Assembly (NCBI GenBank): GCA_046597055.1
Contig: JBKJLC010000301.1
Span: 44,229-108,228, forward strand
DNA from: Kofleriaceae bacterium
GTDB taxonomy: Bacteria > Myxococcota_A > Polyangia > Haliangiales > Haliangiaceae
Direction of reading: 5' to 3'
Length of the DNA: 64,000 nucleotides
Positions 56,222-64,000 of this stretch are shown piece after piece. Under the pieces are notes generated by a model. The model did not search any database, had not been told where the DNA came from, and worked only from the letters and a program-made list of their open reading frames with translations. Within the stretch, counting starts at the first letter, position 1. Each line of letters begins with the position of its first letter. The position numbers and the translations under genes are program-made.

Positions 56222-58287
56222 GCGCGCTGGCGGGATGGCCGGGGTCGCCAGGCGGGCCGTCGCTCGCCGCCATCATCGGCGCGCTGCCGGGTGCGATCCT
56301 GGTGGTCGGCAACGCCGGCGTGGTGACCGCGGTGCTGCCCGGCAGCGATCCGTCGATCGACCTGTCCGACGCCGCCGGCCAGCTGCTGTGCGAGGCGCTG
56401 GGCATCGACCTCGCCTCCGACGACGCCGGGCGCTGGGAGCTGTGGCTGGCCTGCGTGCTCGGCCACGACCTCGGCATGTGGCCTTTGAACCTCGGCGACA
56501 TGCCACGCTACGTCGCCCAGACCGGGGACCGGCCCGCGCTCTCGATCGAGGTCGGTCCCATCGTCGAGGACGGCCGGGTGGTGGCGCTCGCGCTGCAGCT
56601 CCGGCGCGCCGAGCTCGCGCCGGTGCCGGCGGTGGGCAGCGGCCCCGCGACGACCGCCGACGAGCGGTTCACCGGCGATGCCCACGGCATCCTCGACGAC
56701 TGCGAGGCCGAGCTGCTGAAGCTGTCGCGCGACCCGGGCGCCCGCCAGTCGGTCCACCGCCTGTTCCGATCGGTCCACACGCTCAAGGGCATGGCCGGCG
56801 GCGCCGGCGCCGCCACCGTGGTCGCGCTGACCCACCGCGCCGAGGAGATCCTCAACCGCGTCCGCAACAGCACGGGCACGCTGGTCGACCGCGATCTCGC
56901 CGACGCGCGCGGGCTGCTCGCCGAGGCCCGGCTCGCGCTCGGCCGCACGGTCGGGCGGGGCGTGCCCGACGCCATGACCTGCATGTACGCCGAATGCCGG
57001 CCGCTGATCCCGCGGCTCGAACGGGTGGTGGCGACCTGGAGCTCGCGGCCCCGCGAGCTCCAGGTGGCCGATGATCTCATGCGCCTGCTGCGCGGCTTTG
57101 CGGACTCGGCCCAGCGCGCCCGCTGCGACGCGCTGGTGGCGCGGATCGAGGAGGTGCGCAGCCAGATCACGACGGCCTGCGAGATGGCCCGGCCGTCGCG
57201 CAGCCTGGTCGCCGCGATCGAGCACGGCGTCGACGATCTGAGCTCGTGGCTGCGCCTCTACCAGGATCTGCACGCCGAGGTCCGCCGGCACGACACCAGC
57301 AACGAGGTGGCGATCGCCCTGACGTCCAGCCGCACCACCGCCGGCGATGCCACCGCGGTCGCGCACCTCACCGCGGTCGCGCATGATGCCGGCATGCTCA
57401 GCCTGGCCGCGGCGCTGCGCGGCGACCCCGACTCGCAGCGGCGTGCGCTGGCCGCCGTCACCGACCTCCCGGCCATGCTGTCGGCCGCCGGCATCGGCAC
57501 GCGCAAGCGGTCGACCGAAGCTGCGCGCGAGCTCGATCGCGCGGTCCGGGCGCTGGCCGGCGATCTGGAGATGGCCGGGAGCCTGGCCGGCTCGCCGCTC
57601 ACCGAACAGGTCGCGCCGGCGCTGGCCCGGCTGCGCGCGGCGGTGGTCGAGGTCACCTGGGGGCCGCTCGACGACATCGCCGAGCGGATCATCGCGACCT
57701 CCGATGCGGTCGCGGCCGAGACCGGCAAGCAGGTCGCGATCGACTTCGACGCCCACGGTCTGCGGCTGCCCGCGCACACCCGCCGCGCGATCGCCGAGAT
57801 CCTCGTGCACGCCGTGCGCAACGCGATCGACCACGGCATCGAGGCGCCGGCCGAGCGGATCGCCGCCGGCAAGCCGACGGTCGGCGTGCTCACCGTGCGG
57901 ATCGAGGTCGACGAGGCCTGGGCCCAGGTCGTGATCACCGACGACGGCCGCGGGGTCGAGGTCGAGCGGGTGCGCAAGCGTGGCGCCGAGCTCGGCCTGC
58001 TCGGGGCGTCACCGGCCGCCGCGACCGACGCCGAGGTGCTCGAGTTGCTGTTCCACCCCGGGTTCTCGACCGCCGGGGCGGTGAGCGCGGTGTCGGGCCG
58101 CGGGGTCGGGATGGACGCGATCCGCGCGTTCGCGCGCGGGCGCGGCGGCGACGCCCGGCTGTCGACGGTCCCCGGCCGTGGCACCCAGGTGGTGGTCCGG
58201 CTCGGCCTGATCGAGAGCGACGACGCGATGCGCGGCGCCGGCCTCACCGGCCGGCTGCTGCGGATCGATCAGTCGCCGGCGGCGTGA
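56218..58287 (+). CDS. CheA-like histidine kinase (Hpt + HATPase, no CheW domain)
   Basis: LFRSVHTLKG (Hpt), H.VRNAIDHGIE, DDGRG, LF.PGFST....VSGRGVGMD; ends without P5. Confidence 0.88.
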   Translation: MSALAGWPGSPGGPSLAAIIGALPGAILVVGNAGVVTAVLPGSDPSIDLSDAAGQLLCEALGIDLASDDAGRWELWLACVLGHDLGMWPLNLGDMPRYVAQTGDRPALSIEVGPIVEDGRVVALALQLRRAELAPVPAVGSGPATTADERFTGDAHGILDDCEAELLKLSRDPGARQSVHRLFRSVHTLKGMAGGAGAATVVALTHRAEEILNRVRNSTGTLVDRDLADARGLLAEARLALGRTVGRGVPDAMTCMYAECRPLIPRLERVVATWSSRPRELQVADDLMRLLRGFADSAQRARCDALVARIEEVRSQITTACEMARPSRSLVAAIEHGVDDLSSWLRLYQDLHAEVRRHDTSNEVAIALTSSRTTAGDATAVAHLTAVAHDAGMLSLAAALRGDPDSQRRALAAVTDLPAMLSAAGIGTRKRSTEAARELDRAVRALAGDLEMAGSLAGSPLTEQVAPALARLRAAVVEVTWGPLDDIAERIIATSDAVAAETGKQVAIDFDAHGLRLPAHTRRAIAEILVHAVRNAIDHGIEAPAERIAAGKPTVGVLTVRIEVDEAWAQVVITDDGRGVEVERVRKRGAELGLLGASPAAATDAEVLELLFHPGFSTAGAVSAVSGRGVGMDAIRAFARGRGGDARLSTVPGRGTQVVVRLGLIESDDAMRGAGLTGRLLRIDQSPAA

Positions 58288-58299
58288 CCGCCGGCCCGG

Positions 58300-59853
<1,554 letters not shown>

Positions 59854-59920
59854 CGCGGCGGACCTTACACCGCGCCGTGCGCAGCGAGGCGGCGGCCGGA
59901 CCGACTATGATGGCGACCGC

Positions 59921-60955
59921 TTGGACACCTCGCTGCGCAACCGCCTGCTCGCCGGCTTCTTCGCGATGTTGTTCGTCGTGACCGGAGGCACCGTCGGCTT
60001 CTGGTTCATCGGCGACGGCCGCTGGCTGTGGCACGACTGCCTGTACATGACGGTCATCACCGTCACCACGGTCGGGTTCGGCGAGACCCTGACCGGCATG
60101 GACACGGTCGCCCACGCCCGGTCGTTCACGATGGTCCTGCTGGTGTTCGGCACCGGCGTCCTGGTCTACTTCGCCTCGACGATCACCGCGTTCGTGGTCG
60201 AGGGCGAGCTCAAGAACGTCCTCGCCGAGCAGCGGCTCAGGAAGCGGATCAAGAAGATGAAGGATCACTTTGTCGTGTGCGGCGCCGGCTCGACCGGGCG
60301 CCACATCATCAACGAGCTCCTGACCACCCTCAACCCGGTGGTCGCGATCGACGTGAACGAGCAGGAGCTGCGCGAGATCGCCGAGAAGTACCCCAAGGCC
60401 GCGTTCAGCTTCGTGGTCGGCGACGCCACCGACGACGAGGTCCTGGCCCAGGCCAACCTGCCGACCGCGCGCGGCCTGGCCGCGGCCCTGTCCGAGGACA
60501 AGGACAACCTGTACCTGGTGGTCGCGACCCGGCAGATCAACCCGACCTGCAAGATCATCGCGCGGGTCGCCGAGCTCAACCACGTCGACAAGCTCAAGCG
60601 CGCCGGCGCCGACAGCGTGGTCTCGCCCAACTTCATCGGCGGCATGCGCATGGTCTCGGAGCTGATGCGGCCGTCGGTGGTGAAGTTCCTCGACGAGATG
60701 CTGCGCGACAAGGCCGCGTCGATGCGGATCGAGGAGGTCACGGTCCTCGCGGGGTCGAAGCTGGCCGGCAGCTCGCTGCGCGACGCCGACATCCGCGGAC
60801 GCTACGGGATGGGCGTGCTCGCGGTCCGAGCCGGGGACAGCGGCGGGTTCGAGTACAACCCGCCGCCCGAGCGGGTGCTGACCGCCGGCATGACCCTGGT
60901 CGTCCTGGGCTCGGCCCTGCAGGTCAAGCAGCTGGTTGGCGCGGCGATCGCATGA
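59921..60955 (+). CDS. 2-TM potassium channel with RCK (TrkA N and C) domains
   Basis: TTVGFGE selectivity filter, HFVVCGAGSTG, GDAT, AGADSVVSP. Confidence 0.92.
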   Translation: MDTSLRNRLLAGFFAMLFVVTGGTVGFWFIGDGRWLWHDCLYMTVITVTTVGFGETLTGMDTVAHARSFTMVLLVFGTGVLVYFASTITAFVVEGELKNVLAEQRLRKRIKKMKDHFVVCGAGSTGRHIINELLTTLNPVVAIDVNEQELREIAEKYPKAAFSFVVGDATDDEVLAQANLPTARGLAAALSEDKDNLYLVVATRQINPTCKIIARVAELNHVDKLKRAGADSVVSPNFIGGMRMVSELMRPSVVKFLDEMLRDKAASMRIEEVTVLAGSKLAGSSLRDADIRGRYGMGVLAVRAGDSGGFEYNPPPERVLTAGMTLVVLGSALQVKQLVGAAIA

Positions 60956-62352
60956 CCGCGCGGATCCGGTGGCTGGTCGACGCCATCGGCCGCCAGCCGG
61001 CATGGCCGCTGCTGGTCGCCGCCTGGACGCTCGCGCTGCTGTACGCCTTCCCCGGCCACCTCAGCACCGACTCGGTCGATCAGCTCTACCAGGCCCGCGG
61101 GCTCCCCCGCTGGGACGAGCTGGCCGGCGGCGAGCTCACCGGGCGCGACGACTGGCACCCGCCGGCGATGTCCGTGGTGTGGTGGCTGATCGAGCGGGTC
61201 GTGACCGGGCCGGTCGGCATGCTCGCGCTGCAGCTCGGCCTGCTGGTGGTCGGCTGCTACCAGCTGGGTCGGCGCTGGCTGCGGCCGGGCCCGGCCGCGT
61301 TGATCGCGGCGGTGGTGGTGCTGTGGCCGCCGGTGCTGACGCCGATGGGCGTGATCTGGAAGGACTCGCAGATGGCCGGGTTCCTGCTCGCCGGGTTCGT
61401 GCTCGCCCTGTCGCCAAGGCGGCATCACTGGGTCCTCGCGGTGATCTGCCTCACGCTGGGCGCGGCGATGCGCCACAACGCGGCGCTCGCGCTGGCGCCG
61501 CTGGCGCTGGTCGTCGCGCGGACCTGGTTCCCGGCGTCGCCCCGGCGATGGTGGGCCCTCGGGCTGGTCGGCACCGTGGCGATCGCCGGGGTGGCCGCGC
61601 TCGGCAACCGTGCGCTGACCGAGCGCGAGACCCATCCGTGGCACAGCAGCCTGGCAATCTTCGATATCGCCGGCACGATCCGGCGGGCCGGGCCGCTGAC
61701 GGACGACCAGGTCCGCGCGCTGGTGCGCGGGGCGCCGCTGGTCGCCACCCAGGATCTCCAGGCCGTCACCCGGCGGACGATCAACCAGTGGGGCTGGTGG
61801 TGGCTGACCCACGGCGACGATCGGCTGTTCGATCCGCCGCGGACGGCGGCCGACCGCGACGCGGTCACGGCGGCCTGGTCGCGCGCCGTGCGCGAGCAGC
61901 CGGCGGCCTGGCTGCGCCACCGCGCGCTGGTGTGGGGCGTGCTCATCGGCGTCTCCCCCCGGCTCAAGGGGCCGGTCGTCCGGCAGTTCGCCGACAACGA
62001 GCTGCAGCTCCGCACCCTGCGCCACGATGCCACCCACTCGAGCCTGCAACGCGCGCTCGGCGTCGGACTCGACGGGCTGGCGCGGACGCCGCTGTTCTGG
62101 CCATGGCTCTATCTGCTGCTCGCGCTCGGTCTCCTCGTGCGCGCGACCCGCCGGCCCGAGGTGGTGGCCCTGCTCGCCAGCGGGCTCGCCTACGAGGTTG
62201 GCCTGTTCCTGGTGGCGCCGTCGGCCGACTTCCGCTATTCGCACTGGCTGATCGCGTGCACCGTGCTCGCGGCCGTGGTGACCCTGGCAGCGCGCGTGGT
62301 TGACTGGCGAGGTCCGGTCACCGCGGATCCGGCTGGCTGCCATCGCGGTTGA
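60952..62352 (+). CDS. Polytopic membrane protein, GT-C-like putative glycosyltransferase
   Basis: ATGA overlap; PG....DS..Q...A, DWHP, WKD, R.N, DFRY; about 10 TM segments. Confidence 0.7.
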   Translation: MTARIRWLVDAIGRQPAWPLLVAAWTLALLYAFPGHLSTDSVDQLYQARGLPRWDELAGGELTGRDDWHPPAMSVVWWLIERVVTGPVGMLALQLGLLVVGCYQLGRRWLRPGPAALIAAVVVLWPPVLTPMGVIWKDSQMAGFLLAGFVLALSPRRHHWVLAVICLTLGAAMRHNAALALAPLALVVARTWFPASPRRWWALGLVGTVAIAGVAALGNRALTERETHPWHSSLAIFDIAGTIRRAGPLTDDQVRALVRGAPLVATQDLQAVTRRTINQWGWWWLTHGDDRLFDPPRTAADRDAVTAAWSRAVREQPAAWLRHRALVWGVLIGVSPRLKGPVVRQFADNELQLRTLRHDATHSSLQRALGVGLDGLARTPLFWPWLYLLLALGLLVRATRRPEVVALLASGLAYEVGLFLVAPSADFRYSHWLIACTVLAAVVTLAARVVDWRGPVTADPAGCHRG

Positions 62353-62452
62353 CGCCGGGCGCGCGTCGGGACCGCTGGTTCCGGGCCCGGCCCGAACCCG
62401 TCGATAAGCGCTCGGGAGTTCGCGCGCCGTGCGCTAGATTGCGCCGCTGCCC

Positions 62453-64000
<1,548 letters not shown>

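Overview
High-GC, gene-dense chromosomal window. The gene content points to a myxobacterium (Myxococcota): Ser/Thr kinase, PEGA and FHA-sigma54 proteins, a variant DnaK with a J/TPR partner, PilZ, and the xerC-hslVU-argBDF block. This taxonomy is inferred, not searched. I support about 57 CDSs, including two edge-truncated genes missing from the ORF track (an IPT/TIG lipoprotein at the left edge and dnaE at the right). I found no rRNA, tRNA, CRISPR array, prophage or transposase. Housekeeping genes include a sigma-70 factor, psd, glnA/glnB, engB, rimI, coaE (fused to an SDR domain), dnaK, argF/D/B, hslUV, xerC and dnaE. Main candidates for a second look: (1) a translationally coupled MutH-like nuclease, THUMP/RlmL-like methyltransferase and AmmeMemoRadiSam radical-SAM operon; (2) a Psp-like module in which a PspF-clade activator has gained a receiver domain, lost the PspA-sensing Trp, and is coupled to a soluble TPR histidine kinase and pspA; (3) a receptor-less chemosensory-like operon (CheY, zinc-ribbon protein with CheY-binding-like peptides, GspE/PilB ATPase, CheX, CheW-less CheA); (4) mosaic REP-like palindromic repeat clusters at about 15.8-16.3 kb and 29.8-30.1 kb; (5) an orphan half-SctJ-like lipoprotein coupled to a tandem claudin-like membrane protein; (6) a recurrent TANNNT hexamer 5-8 nt before start codons, suggesting widespread leaderless mRNAs. 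All family calls come from motif recognition by eye; no database search was run.
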